DNA of 64,000 nucleotides from the human T2T-CHM13v2.0 reference genome, Homo sapiens (GCF_009914755.1 NC_060930.1), one strand, 5' to 3'; positions 1-13,705 are shown, counted from the first letter of the stretch. A program made the numbers and translations. The notes: a model not told the origin generated them from the letters alone.

Positions 1-444
1 CATATGAATAAACCAAAGTGCAATGAAAGGTGGGAATACAAGTATAGACAAAGTACTGTTGGAGCCCTGGGAAGGCACATGTACTTGCCCAAGAAGGTGG
101 GGTTTGTTGGTAGAGAAAAAAGAACTCATAATCAAGAATTATAATTATATTGAGAAAGAAGTTGAGAAGTCATTCCCAAGTTGTGAGCAATAGGGTGATG
201 AAATGAAAATTGCAACTCAGGAAATATTTCTACGACTGGGTATAGGGATAAGCAGAAACAGGGAGACAGCTTGCGGCCTTTTGCAAAATAAACAAATGCT
301 CACTAGAACTTAAACTAAAACTATGTGGAGAAAAAGTATAGAGTCAAACATCAGAGTTGGGAAAACAAAGTATATTTAAACCTATTTAAATTATAACGTA
401 GAATTTTAATCTAAATGTTTACTTAGGCAGCCAAATTACCAACT

Positions 445-930
445 ATATTGGTTTTCTTTTGCTGATGCAATAAATGACCAAGTATTTAATGGTTTAAAAC
501 AGCACAATTTTATTATCTTCTAATTATGTAGATCAGAAATTTGACATGGATCTCACTGGGCTATGATCAAGGGGTCAGTAAGGCTATGTATTTTTCTGGA
601 GGCTTGAGAGGAAAGTCCATTTCCCTGTCTTTTCTAGCTTCTAGAGGTCACCCACTTTCTTTGGTGTATGGCCCCTTTCTCCAGCAACAACTGGTGGAGT
701 CCTCATGCTGCCACCCTCTGATTCTTCCTCTTCTGCTTCCCGCTTCCACTTTTAAGGACTCCTGTGATTATATTGAGCTCACCTAGATAAACCAGGATAA
801 TTTTCCTACTTTAATATCAACTGATTAGCAACCTCAATCTATCTACAACCTTAATTTTTCTTTGTCAAATAACCTAACATACAGAATAGGACTTGAATAT
901 CCCTGGGGGCTGTTGTTATACTTTCCATCC
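445..930 (-). mobile_element. MLT1-type MaLR solo LTR (degraded)
   Basis: MLT1-like motifs: ggtttaaaacagcacaattttattatc, ggaaagtccatttccctgtcttttctagcttctagagg, ggactcctgtgattatattgagctcacctagataaaccaggataat. Confidence 0.7.
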
Positions 931-1026
931 CAGCAAACCAATGAATCTTAATAGCTCTAATACAGACTAAATATACAATGATAACATTTATTTAAAAACA
1001 TGACTTCTTTTTGTCAAACTGAAATA

Positions 1027-1567
1027 CAATAGTTACCCCTTATCCACAGGGAATACATTCCAGGAGCCCCAATGGATACCTGCAAACTGAGAATACTGAA
1101 CTGTATATATACTATGTGTTTTTCCTACTCATACATACCTATGATAAATTTTAATTTCTAAATTAGGCACAGTAAGAGATTAGCAACAATAACTAGTAGT
1201 AAAATAGAACAATCACAAAAATATGTTAGCATCACTACTCTTGTGCTTTGGGGTCATTATTAAGTAAAATAAGGGTTATTTGAACACAAGCACTGAAATA
1301 TCATTATAGTTGATCTAATGACTGAGAGGGCTACTAGGTTACTCATGGAAAGAGAAAGTCTACAATGTGGATCTGCTGGACAGATAATTCATGTCCAGAG
1401 GAGGAGAGTGCAGGATAGCCAAAATTTCATCATGCTACTCAGAGTAGCACAATTTAAAACTTGTGACTTGTTTATTTCTGTAATTTGCCATTTGATTTTT
1501 TTTTTTTTTTTGGACAGTGAGTGACTGAAACCATGTAAAGTGGAACCATGGTAAAGGGAGACAACTG
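1027..1567. mobile_element. MER44B-like (Tigger7-derived) non-autonomous DNA transposon
   Basis: Degenerate TIRs caatagttaccccttatcc ... ggtaaagggagacaactg; preceded by TA; internal MER44 motifs (taggcacagtaagagattagcaacaataact; catgctactcagagtagcacaatttaaaact). Confidence 0.85.
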
Positions 1568-1594
1568 TTTAGGAATATTTAAAATAATAGATCA

Positions 1595-1901
<307 letters not shown>

Positions 1902-2194
1902 TCAAATAATTGCAAAAGGCAGAATGAATTAAGTGGATATACAAATAAGATCATATAAGAATTTTGGACCTCCTGAAAGAAGTTTAATGCTCTAACATCT
2001 TCATTAACCAAGCTGCTTTTATTTCAAAGATTCTAAAAGCTACACATTAAAAATTACTTAAAAGAAACAGGGAAATAAAAGTCTGTGAGCACTAGAAAAA
2101 GGAACTTTATAATGTTAAATCTATTTCTCCATCAACACTGACAACTTGTAGTTATTAGAATATGGGTTTGAAAGATTAAAGAAAACAAATTTTA

Positions 2195-2504
<310 letters not shown>

Positions 2505-3130
2505 TTAAATGTAGACACTCATTAATTGCCAGAATTTTTAAAATGTGTCTTCTGAGTCATTCATCCTATAGAAATGGCACATAATTTTATTTAGATAAAA
2601 AATAAGCAGTCCAATGAACTTGAGCTATAAAATTCATAGTAGAGCCATTTCAACAAGCTTATTTTGAAATGGTAGTGTAAGATCCAACTTTATATATTTA
2701 TAAAGATAGTTATTCAATTTTTATAATTTGATATTCTATCTAACGAAACCATTTCCAAGTCAACCTCAAATGAAATGAGGCTGAAGATATATTTAACGGA
2801 TTTAAATGACAAAAGGTTTTCTCCTAAGGAAAATTAAGCTGAGTGATCTTATGAAAATGAGTTCATAATTGATGTTGTAGGCCACAGCGAAAAATTATAA
2901 GATTGACATATAAATATTTTAGAATTAAAAAGCATATTAGCTAAAATCAGATGTGATAATTAAAACTTGAAAAGTAGCTCAAGATAGAGAAGAAATGCAG
3001 TGTATCCAACAGAGGAAAAAACTTAGTTGGAGGAATCCCTAAGCAGAGTATAGAGGCTGGTTTGCCTTTACGGGCATTGGGATAGCAGTTTCCATTTGAT
3101 GTAAAGTGAACTCAAATCTCTGCGCACGTG

Positions 3131-3187
3131 CTCTCTCTCTCTCTCTCCACACACATACACGCATGCACACGTGCATGCACACACACA
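3131..3187. repeat. (CT)n/(CA)n compound microsatellite
   Basis: Directly visible. Confidence 0.9.
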
Positions 3188-3557
3188 CTTTAATTCTACC
3201 TCAAAATATTAATGACCTTGGTGAATGTGAGTCTTGAGAAGCAGCCAGCTGGATACAGAAGAGTGAAACACAGTGTGAATGAAAGACATTGAACAATGCT
3301 TTGAACCTGTGCCCAGTAAATTGAGCAATGAGTGACTGTATTTTTATAGATCATCTAATCTCTCTTCTATAAATTATTTTGCAATCTATAATAATAGGCT
3401 AAGTGTGTGCTCTGTTCTTCAGTGATCAGGTGAGAGAAGATATAATCCCAAGACACTAAATGGGAGACACATTATGAATAATTAATATTTCTAACAATAT
3501 TTTGGGATTATCGGCTTGTTGGGATATTAGTATGAATTATCATAATTTCTAACTTTC

Positions 3558-3630
3558 TGAAGAGTTCAGATAGTGTTAGTTCTGAAATTGATAGACTTAT
3601 AAACATTCCTAACACCCATAGCATTTTTCT
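3558..3630 (+). repeat. 73-bp direct repeat, copy 1 (copy 2 at 6126-6199)
   Basis: tgaagagttcagatagtgttagttctgaaattgatagacttataaacattcctaacacccatagcatttttct; 3 substitutions + 1 indel vs copy 2. Confidence 0.95.
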
Positions 3631-4077
3631 ATCGATATTTTCTATGTTTGCATAGATTTTCATGATTTTAAAATGCTTTTATAATCAGGCTCTTGAGAGA
3701 ACAAATTAGCCCTGACATTTCAAACTCGTACAGCAGAAAGTTCCTGAGAAAACCAATGATGAGAAATTTCTTGGGAAGTCATGAAAGAGACTTTCAGGGA
3801 ATCATATAGTAAAATCACAGTGGACCTCAAAGTCTCCCAAACAAACACGTTCTTCATTCCACAGTGATCTCAGAGTTGTGATTTATCCAACATTTGGAGG
3901 TCATGGCCTCCTTGTCTTCCTATTTCTACTCTCACTATTCCCCCATCCCTGATTGTATGTCTCCCCCTTGATTTTCTAGTATATACTCTGAAGAATATAG
4001 TGGACCATAGGTTTCGATGAGGGGTCAAGTAAAAGAGGACCCTTAAACATACTTGGTGGAAGTATAAATTGATACTA

Positions 4078-4149
4078 TTCGGTTGGTGCAAAAGTAATCA
4101 CAATTTTTTGCCATTAAAAGTAACCACTATTACTTTTGCACAAACCTAA
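4078..4149. mobile_element. MADE1 (Hsmar1-derived MITE), short internal deletion
   Basis: ttcggttggtgcaaaagtaat...attacttttgcacaaacctaa, flanked by TA on both sides. Confidence 0.9.
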
Positions 4150-4190
4150 TATATTTCTGAAAGACAATGTGTCAGTACCTATTGAAAATC

Positions 4191-4476
4191 TTATTTATTT
4201 ATTTATTTGAAACAGGGTCTCACTCTATCATCCAGGCTGGAGTGTAGTGGTGCAATCATGGCTCACTACAGCCTCTACCTCCTGGAGTCAAGTATTCCAA
4301 GTAGCTGGGACCACAGGTGCGTACCACCACATTTGGCTATTTTTTAACATTTTTTTTGTAAAGATGGAGTCTCTTCATGTTGCCCAGGCTGGTCCTGAAT
4401 TCCTGGGCTCAAGCGATCCTCCTGTCTCGGCCTCCCTATGTGCTGGGATTACAGACATGAGCCACCATGCCCAGCC
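4191..4476 (-). mobile_element. AluJ-like, with internal deletion
   Basis: Reverse Alu, (TTTA)n tail, ctcctgggctcaagcgatcctcc. Confidence 0.9.
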
Positions 4477-6125
4477 AAGAGGTTTTTATATATTCACCCA
4501 GGAATTGCTATTCTGAGAATTTATCCCAAGGAAATAGAAATATGGACAGAGTATAGCTACAATGGTGTTCATCACAAAATTGCTTCTAAAGCTAAATATT
4601 GGAAAGCAGCCTAAATTTCTAATACAGGACAAATTAGAAAATAAAGAAGAAACCATGGTACATTCATACAGTTCATACTATGTAGTCATTAAAATTTTGT
4701 TGTGGTATAATATTTAATAAAATGCAAAGATACTTAAGATATTATAGTAAAAAATTCAGCTTAAAAATAATATGATTCAGTGGCTCCTTAAAAAAACTGT
4801 ATATATGAAAGACACGAATATAGACAGGAATATTCTTAGAAGGAAATATGGCAAAATAAGTATAGAGTTCTCCAAAGTGATGTGTCATATCATTTTAAAG
4901 TTTTCTCCATGTTAATTATCAGAATTTTTCAAATTCTTTATGAATAATAACTGTAAATCTGGCATATAAAAGTGGGTATTGAAAAGGAATATAATAGAAA
5001 ACCAATTTAGAAATGATAACTTTGACAGTACCAACCAACATTTCAACTAACAAGTTCTTTGAGGTCTATCTATTGTAGGTGGAGAGACAATGTTTTTCCA
5101 TAGAAATACTAATACAGTTATTCATCAGTTCACTGAAGCAGGCTGACAATAAAATCTTATAAATATTATCAAGGTAGCAAAGCCATGACCAAACAAGTAT
5201 GCTCACTCTTGATTGCTGATGACAATGGTGGAGATATTGAAGAGTTTGGTGAGGGTCTGGTATAGATAAAATATGAAGTGGTATTTTTTTAGCAAATGAT
5301 ACATATGGCCTCAATAGCAGCTACCTATACTCTAAATAAGGAATATTTGAGCAGCACATTTATCAGCAATTACATACATTTTAGTTAAATGAAAGATAGC
5401 TCTTGAATATTATTTTATTCATAATAAACTGCAAAATAAAACAGCACACACTAAGACTAAATTCATATTTTATTCTTAAGAAAAAAATGGAATTTTCTTT
5501 TTACCACGTTTCTCAATTGTGATTCACATGTATTCAAACTAATTTAAAAATGACTTTTTATTATATTTCTATATTCAACCCATTATTGAAAACAGTTAAG
5601 ACAATTCAAGTTAAATTAGTAATGAGATGTCATATTTAAGATTTATCCTCCAGAATACCCATAAAAATAAGATTGTTATATGATCCAACCACTAAAATGT
5701 TGATAAATAAAATATAAATATAAACATAAGAGTAAGGTATTATTAGAAGCCAAAAATTGATTTAAAAGATTTCTTATCATTAACATCTAAGACAATATTT
5801 CTAAACATTAAGAAATTTTTATGGTTCTAAAAATAAGATTGACCCCCTTTCATTTGCATTCTAACTTTTGTAATATGTGTGACATATTGCTGCAAACAAG
5901 TCTGTCTGCTCAGAATAATCAGGAATGAATAATTCATCACAGATGCTGCAGATGTCGAGGACATCCTCTATTGTGCCCACCCTTTAACAAAAATAAACTC
6001 CAAAGCTGTTTGACTTGCTTCCAGTTCCTTCCAAACAGAGCCCAGCGAGAAACTGCCATTGATTTTTTTTAGAGTGAGTTGTGGAGACGGATCAATGCTA
6101 GGAAGAATAAAAACTGATTTCACCT

Positions 6126-6199
6126 TGAAGAATTCAGAAAGTGTTAGTTCTGAAATTAATAGACTTATAAACATTCCTAACACCCATAGGCATTTTTCT
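6126..6199 (+). repeat. 73-bp direct repeat, copy 2
   Basis: Matches 3558-3630 at ~95%. Confidence 0.95.
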
Positions 6200-6580
6200 T
6201 ACTAATATGCTACTCATTGTATAAAGCCAACTCTGTAATAGTAATGGGAATACTTCTTTTTCCAGCCAAGGCTTAAGAGTAAAATTCCTGCTTACTCTTT
6301 CTGAAATTCTTACAGTTATCTATCCCAGCTGCTTTGCTTGATTCTGTTTCTGCTATTGATTTACTTTTGGGCTCAATATTAACATGGGTAATAGGGTTTT
6401 GGCTTTTCTTTTATCCCAGGCACTCTAGCATAAAACACTAGCATAAGACATTTATGGGATAGGTGTTAGTTCACCCTTATCTAAAAGTCTGGAGACTTTT
6501 AGATTTAAAGAAATCACAAGCCCAGCTTCACGAGGCTATTAAATGGTAGGTCTGTATTTGCTTAAATTTAAGTCTTACTT

Positions 6581-7381
6581 ACTATTTATTTATAGGAAGT
6601 AGGATTTATTGGTGGGCAGAAAGAGGAGGGGGCACAGTGGAAAGTCTCATGAATGTAGCATCTGCCACTGGTCCAGGAGGCCACAGTTGAGGATGTATTA
6701 GGGCGGTGCAAAAGAAATTACTTTTAATGGCAAAACCCACAATGACATTTGACCCTACAGCCATCTGGGATGAGCTGCTTCTCAGCCACCATGCCTTCAA
6801 ATTCATCTGACTTGAACTTGGTAAAGCCCCACTTCTTTGAGATGTGAATCATTTGCTGGTGAGGCGACTTGAACTTGGCCCTGTATAAGGCCTCAGTCAC
6901 ATGCTCCTTGTTCTGCAGTTTGGAGTGAATGGACATGTGAATTGGCTCATGCGAACCCTGGCCACAGTGCCCTGAGGCTTTCCAAAGGCATCTTTCATAC
7001 CCATCTGGAGCCTGTCAGCTCTAGCGCAGGACAACATCTTACTGTTCTGCATGACTTGGAAGGAGTAGAACCACACTTGGATATGAAAGCCAATTTTGCT
7101 GCAAGTTTTTATCATGTATCTGTTGGCCCAAATGTGGGCATCCTCCAGGACTTCAGAGAAGAACTGCTCATATTCATCTGACACCATGTGGCCTCAGAGT
7201 GGATACTCATCCATTTTTGCTTTCTTCTGTCCCAGGTCAAAAATGCAAATCTTGGCATCAGGGACACCTCTGCAGAAGCCAGACTTTGGGTATGTTTTGT
7301 TTTTACAATATCAGTAATACCTAGTGGAGTGTTCCATGGAGATACCAGAATTTTAAGTGGCATGCCAAATGAAAAGTGAGG
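6581..7381 (-). pseudogene. RPL10: Processed pseudogene of 60S ribosomal protein L10 (uL16)
   Basis: Intronless. 5'UTR remnant, ATG at 7337, TGA at 6647-6649, AATAAA and decayed poly(A). Peptides across frames match RPL10 (MVSDEYEQ; [29 protein letters not shown]; [18 protein letters not shown]; [10 protein letters not shown]). Several frameshifts. TSD aagtcttactt (6570-6580) / aagtcttattt (7382-7392). Symbol is the parent gene. Confidence 0.96.
6698..6750. mobile_element. Deleted MADE1 inserted at a TA inside the RPL10 retrocopy
   Basis: RPL10 antisense ggatgTA|...|ttgaccc is split by ttagggcggtgcaaaag..attacttttaatggcaaaacccacaat. Confidence 0.85.
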
Positions 7382-7779
7382 AAGTCTTATTTAATATACA
7401 CTTTTTAATTTTATTTGTGGCATCAATATATTTTATACACTTGAATTTACATAGTGTATAAAATAAGCCTTTTTGGGTATCATCTCTTTCTACCAATCTG
7501 CCAAATAGCAGAGGTATAGGTTGATTCAGTTAAGAACAGAATAACCTTGGTTAATAGGTGGTTGGTGGTATCATAGATTTGTATATTTCTCATGATGCCA
7601 GTATTTCTCTATTTTTTATTAACTACAATAATTAGAAAATACAGATTTTTGAGAAAATCCTAATTACTCTATGGATAAAGCTTGAAATAGAATCCTCTAA
7701 ATAATGTAAACATAAACAAATTATTTTAAGTCCATTATTTAAGCAAGAATATCTCCTTTTAAAAATCATTAGTTTTCAT

Positions 7780-7990
7780 TATTATTTTTAGAGAGAGGAT
7801 TTTGTTCTGTTGCCGAGGCTGGAGTCGGTGATGCTATCATAGCTCACTGTAACCTCAAACTCCTGGATTTAAGAAATCCTCCTGTCCCAGCCTCCTGAGT
7901 AACTAGGACTGCAACAGGTGGACTGATGCATTCCTTTTGCCTGGCTTCCCAAAGTGCTAGGATTGCAGACATGAGCCACCTTACCCAGCC
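7780..7990 (-). mobile_element. Degraded, internally deleted AluJ
   Basis: Reverse Alu right arm plus cccaaagtgctaggattgcagacatgagccacc. Confidence 0.8.
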
Positions 7991-9051
7991 CGCTTTTTAA
8001 AAATTGATTTTATCTTTAGAGTAGTTTTAGGTTTACAGCAAAATTGAGCAGAAGTCACAGAAATTTCCTGTATAACCCCTGCCTTGACACATAAGCAGTC
8101 TTTTCCATTACAGCATCAACATCCCCTATCAGAGTGGCACATTTATTACAACTGATGAACCTACACTGACACATCTTTGTTACCAAACCATAATTTATAT
8201 TAATTAGGGTTAACTCAGTGTTGTACATTCTATGGGTTTGGGAAAATGTATAAGGACAGGAATTCACCATTATAATATTATACAGAGTAATTTCACTGCC
8301 CTAAAAATGTTCTGTGTTCCACCTATTCATTCCTTCCACCCGTCTAGCCACTGGCAACCACTAATCTTTTTACTATCTTTATAGTCTTGCCTTTTCCAAA
8401 ATGTCACATAGTTGGAATCATAGAGTATGTAGCCTTTACCTATTGGCTTCTTTTACTTAGCAATATGCATTCATTTCTTTCATGTCTTTTCATGGCTTGA
8501 TAACTCATTTTCTTTCAGTGTTGAATCACATTCCATTGTCTTTATGGGCCACACTTTACTTATCCTTTAATCTACTGAAAGATGTCTTGGTTGCTTCCAT
8601 GTTTTAGCAACTACGAAAAAAGCTGTTAGAAATGTTCATGTGTAGGTTTTTGTGTGGACATATGTTTTCAACTCTTTTGAGTAAATATTTCTAAGTATTG
8701 AGAAATTATTGTATAATTTCTTAATAATAATTAGCAAGGAGCATGATTGCAGGGTCATATGGTAAGAGTATATTTAGTTTTGTAAGAAGCTGCCAAACTG
8801 TCTTCCAAAGTGGCTGTAGCATTTGCATTCCCACCAGCAGTAAATGAGCGTTCTTACTGCTCCACATCCTCACCAGCATTTGGTGGTGTCAGTTTTCTGG
8901 ATTTTGGTCTTTCTAATAGATATCTCATTGGTTATTTAATTTGCAGTTTTCTGATGACATATGATGTAGAGCATCTTCTAATGTGCTTATTTGTCATCTG
9001 TATATTTTCTTTGGTGAGGTGGGTGTCTGTTCAGATCTTGTGCCCTTTTCT

Positions 9052-9062
9052 GTTTGTTTTTT

Positions 9063-9107
<45 letters not shown>

Positions 9108-10618
9108 TATATTATATATATATAATATATATAATATATATATTATATTATATAATATATATTATATATTATATATATATTATATTATATATATATATTA
9201 TATATATATAATATATATAATATATATATTATATTATATATATATAATATATATATATATTATATATAAATATATATTATATATATTATATATATATAAT
9301 ATAATATATATATATATTTAAGTTCTGGGACACATGTGCAGAACGTGCAGGTTTGGTATGTAGGTATATGTGTACCATGGTGGTTTGCTGCACCTATTGA
9401 CCCATTATCTAAGTTCCTCCCGTTTCCCTCCAGCCCCCAACAGGCCCCAGTATGTGTCGTTCCCTTCCCTGTGTCCATGTGTTCTCATTGTCCAACTCCC
9501 ACTTATAAGTCAGAATATGCAGTGTTTGGTTTTCTGTTCCTGTGTTAGTTTCCTGAGGATGATGGCTTCCAGCTCCTTCCATGTCCCTGCAAAGAACATG
9601 ATCTCATTCCTTTTTATGGCTGCATAGTATTCCATGGGGTACATGTACCACATTTTCTTTATCCAGTCTATCATTGATAGGCATTGGGGTTGGTTCCATG
9701 TCTTTGCTATTGTAAATAGTGCTGCAATAAACATACATGTGCATGTGACTTTATAGTAGAATGATTTATATTCCTTTGGGTATATGCCCAGTAATGAGAT
9801 TGCTGGGTCAAATGGTATTTCTGGTTCTAGATCCTCGAGGAATCACCACACTGTCTTCCACAATGGTTGAACTGATTTACATTCCCACCAGCAGTGTAAA
9901 AGCATTCCTATTTCTCCACAGCCTTGCCAGCATCTATTGTTTCCTGACTTTTTAATAAGTGCTATTCTGACTGGCATGAGGTGGTGTCTCATTGTGGTTT
10001 TGATTTGCATTTCTCTGATGATCAGTGGTGTTGAGCTTTTTTTTCATGTGTTTGTTGGCTACATAAATGTCTTCTTTTGCGAAGTGTCTGTTCATATACT
10101 TTGCCTGCTTTTCAATGGGTTTGTTTATTTTTTTCTTGTAAATTTAAGTTCCTCGTAGATTCTGGATATTAAACCTCTGTCAGATGGGTAGATTGCAAAA
10201 ATTTTCTCCCATTCTGTAGGTTGCCTGTTCACTCTGATGACAGTTTCTTTGGCTGTACAGAAGCTCTTTAGTTTAATGAGATCCCATCAATCTGGCTTTT
10301 GTTGCAGTTGCTTTTGGCATTTTCATCATGAAGTCTCTGCCCATTCCTACATCCTGAATGGTATTGCCTAGGTTTTCTTCTAGACCAGTGGAACAGAAAA
10401 GAGACCTCAGAAATATCCTCACACTTCTACAACGATCTGATCTTGAACAAATCTCACAAAAACAATCAATGGAGAAAGGATTTTATATTCAATAAATGGT
10501 GCTGGGAAAACTGGCTAGCTATATGCAGAAAACTGAAACTGGACCCCTTTCTTATGCCTTATACAAAAATTAACTCAAGATGAATTAAAGACTTAAATGT
10601 AAAACCCAATCATAAAAC
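9052..10618 (-). mobile_element. 5'-truncated, 5'-inverted L1PA (about PA7-PA10)
   Basis: Antisense 3'UTR/ORF2 9318-10383 (MFIAALFTIAKTWNQPQC), then sense ORF2 10381-10618; TSD ttgtgcccttttct (9038-9051) / ttttgcccatttct (10619-10632). Confidence 0.9.
9063..9317. repeat. (TCTG)n(TC)n(TA/TAA)n microsatellite in the L1PA tail position
   Basis: About 225 bp of pure A/T between the TSD and the L1 3' end. Confidence 0.95.
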
Positions 10619-11924
10619 TTTTGCCCATTTCTTAAGCAGGTTCTTTGTTTTCTTATTGTTGAGTTTAAGTGTTCTTGGATATTTTGGATAACAGTCCTTT
10701 ATCAGATATAGCTTCTGAAAATATTTTCTCCCAGTCTGTAGCTTGTTTTTTCATTCTCTTGACAGTGTATATTTCATAGAACATAAATTTTTAATTTTAC
10801 TAAAATTTAACTTTTTCATGGATCATGCCTTTGGTGTTGTGTCTAAAAAGTCATCTCCATACCCAAAGTTATCTACATTTTCTCCTATATTATCATCTAG
10901 GGGTTTTATAGGTTTACATTTGTTGAAAAAAAAAACTATCTTTGCTATGTTGTTGGCAAAGATCAGTTGATTGTGTTTATATGGGTCTATTTCTGTGTTT
11001 TCTACTTTGCTCCATTGGTCTATTTGTCTATTCTTTAGCCAATATCACACTGTCTTTATTACTAGAACTTCATAATAAGTTTTGAAGTTGGGTAGTGTCA
11101 ATTCACTAGGTTTGTTCTTCTCCTTCAATAGTGTGCTAGCTAATCTGGGTCTTTTGCCTCTCCACATAAATTTTAGAACCAGTTTGTCAATATCCCCAAA
11201 ATAACTGCTGGGATTTTGATCGAGATTGCATTGAATCTATAAATCAAGTTGGGAAGAACTGACATTTTGACAATACTGAGTCTTCATACCCATGAACATG
11301 GACTATCTCTCCATTCATTTAGTTCAGTTTTCTGCATGTAGATCTTGTATGTATTTTGTTAGATTTATACCTAAGTATTTTACTTTTGTGCATACTAATG
11401 TAAATAGTATTGTATTTTGAATTTAAAATCCCACTTGTTCATTGCCGGTATACATAAAAGTGATTGACTTTTGTATATTAACTTTGTATCCTACAACCTA
11501 TTTTAACTGTTTGTTATTTCCAGGAGTTTTTCTGGTCAATTCTTTTAGATTTTCTACATAGACAATAATGTCATGTGTGAACAAAGACAGTTTTATTTTT
11601 TTCCCCAATCTGTATACCTTTTATTTTCTTTCCTTTTCTATTTCATTAACTATCACTTTTAGTACAGTGTTGAAAGGAGTAATGAGAGGAAACATCCTTG
11701 CCTTTTTCCTGATCTTGTGGGAAGGATTCTAGTTTCTTACCATTAAGTATGACGTTAGCTGTATATTTTTTGTAGATACTCTGCATCAATTTAAGGAAGT
11801 TCCCCTCTGTTCCTAGTTTAATGAGAGTTTTTTTTTCTTTTTTATTATAAAAGTCATGAATGGGTGTTGAAAATATTATTTTAACAATTCTCTTTTCTCA
11901 AGACTTCAGTAGAAATGTCCAGAC

Positions 11925-12091
11925 CTTAGCAACTAAAGTGTAGTCCACAAACCAGCACCATCAGCATCACCTGGAAGCCCATGAAAAAATGCAGAATCTC
12001 AAGCTTCACCTCAGACCTACTTAATCAGACCTGCATTTTAATAAAATGCTGCAGGTGATTAATATGCATATTACAGTATGAGGGGCACTGG
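11925..12091. mobile_element. MER5A (hAT-Charlie)
   Basis: aaagtgtagtcc..accagcaccatcagcatcacctgg..aaatgcagaatctc..cagacctact..ctgcattttaa. Confidence 0.8.
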
Positions 12092-12156
12092 CCTTGGTCA
12101 TTTTCTTAATCTTACTGTCTAGATCGTTAGTCACCTTTCTTTATCCTCTGCTTTTT

Positions 12157-12372
12157 CAGTGGAAGGATCATTGACATGGAGCCATACTGACATTGAATTA
12201 GGAACCCAGCACTTGCCAATTACATAAGCTTTAACAATTAACTCATTTTTTCCAAGCCACGATGCCTCCCTTGTAGAATGAGAACAATACCTATGTTTCA
12301 CAATTATTGTGTGAATTAAATGGTGTTATGTATGTAAAAATTCAATATAGTTAGTATTTGACAAATGTTACT
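12157..12372 (+). mobile_element. MIR
   Basis: Degenerate core tgtagaatgagaacaataccta..ttattgtgtgaattaaatg. Confidence 0.6.
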
Positions 12373-12531
12373 TTCCTTTCTATCTGTCCATCATGTCTCT
12401 TATGCTAGAGAGACATTGTTTTATAAAGGTTTTGACTCTTTCATGACAATCTTTTATTCTTCCTTGTCCTTCTCTCCTAATTTTAGTTTACTAGTCTTTC
12501 CTTGTATGGTGTTTTGTGTATACTTTTTCTT

Positions 12532-12978
12532 TTGTTATGCAGGGTTTTGCATCGTCTTTCCCTACCTATTCCAGCCTCCAAAAGTAGACAGCTCTGAACA
12601 CACTCCGATCTTTTCTGCTTCAGAATTTTCTCCAAATCTTGGCAAGACTGCTTAACACAACCTGCAGCATAGCCTGGGACTACAGCGAAGTTAATATCTG
12701 AAGGGGTAATGCTCATGGGGTATGGGAGTCAATGGGCTAAGTATTCTTGTCTTCTGTACTTTAGAGGGAAAATATACATGCATTCTACACATTTTGTCAG
12801 AGTCATAAATGAGATTGCCTCATTATGTACCACAGTAACCAGCTCCGTAGCTTCCCTTCTTTCCTTTCTTTTCTGACTCTACTCAATCACCTTGGTTGCT
12901 GGAATCACTTTCCATTAAACTATCTACATCGAAGTCCTTGCTTCGTGCTCTGCAGTTAGGAAGATCTAAACTAAAATA
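12532..12978 (+). mobile_element. ERVL LTR (LTR16-like), degraded
   Basis: 3' end ggaatcactttccattaaacta..aagtccttgcttcgtgctctgc..ggaagatctaaactaaaata. Confidence 0.5.
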
Positions 12979-13180
12979 AATCATGGTTTTTTTGCTCTCA
13001 GCATATACAAAAAGGGGAATACTTGTCCATCAAAGTATTTGTGTTGGCTCTACCATAATACAAAAGTGTGATTTGGAAAGGCTGCTCAGCCAGGGATTAA
13101 ATTTCATAGCACTTTCCTCAACTTGCATGTAGGTGGAGCCAAGAGGATTAAACCCAAGAGGGTTAAAAAAGAAACTCTGC

Positions 13181-13531
<351 letters not shown>

Positions 13532-13581
13532 CTACACTTTTGTTTTAACCATTTCTTCTGAATTTTTACAAATAAGCATAA

Positions 13582-13705
13582 ACTCATGCCTGTAACCCCA
13601 GCACTTTAAGAGGCCAAGGCAGGAAGATCACTTGAGGCCAAGAATTCAAGACCAGCCTGGTTAGCATGGTGAGACTCCATCTTAAAAACAAAACAAAACA
13701 AAACA
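13582..13705 (+). mobile_element. FLAM/left Alu monomer
   Basis: Single monomer, (CAAAA)n tail, TSD aaataagcata. Confidence 0.85.

Larger units (their letters stand above)
4030..4900 (+). mobile_element. Old L1M(E) 3' fragment interrupted by MADE1 and AluJ
   Basis: L1 3' motifs: ttggtggaagtataaattg, attctgagaatttatcccaaggaaat, tggaaagcagcctaaat, catggtacattcataca. Confidence 0.6.
7995..11870 (-). mobile_element. L1MC-type 3' end/ORF2 (antisense), interrupted by L1PA at 9052-10618
   Basis: L1MC 3' motif ttttaggtttacagcaaaattgagcagaag...gatgaacctacactgacacatc; collinear antisense ORF2 resumes after 10619. Confidence 0.85.

Noticed and set aside
5066-5330. Possible olfactory-receptor-like remnant on the - strand
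   Set aside because: Only a vague resemblance near 5320; no supporting receptor motifs in any frame.
5938-6080. Possible coding exon (cacag|ATGCTGCAG... |gtgagt)
   Set aside because: The acceptor lacks a pyrimidine tract, the two frames I read hit stop codons before the donor, and no protein is recognisable.
8810-9321. I/Y-rich ORFs of 112-133 aa
   Set aside because: Translation of the (TA)n microsatellite.
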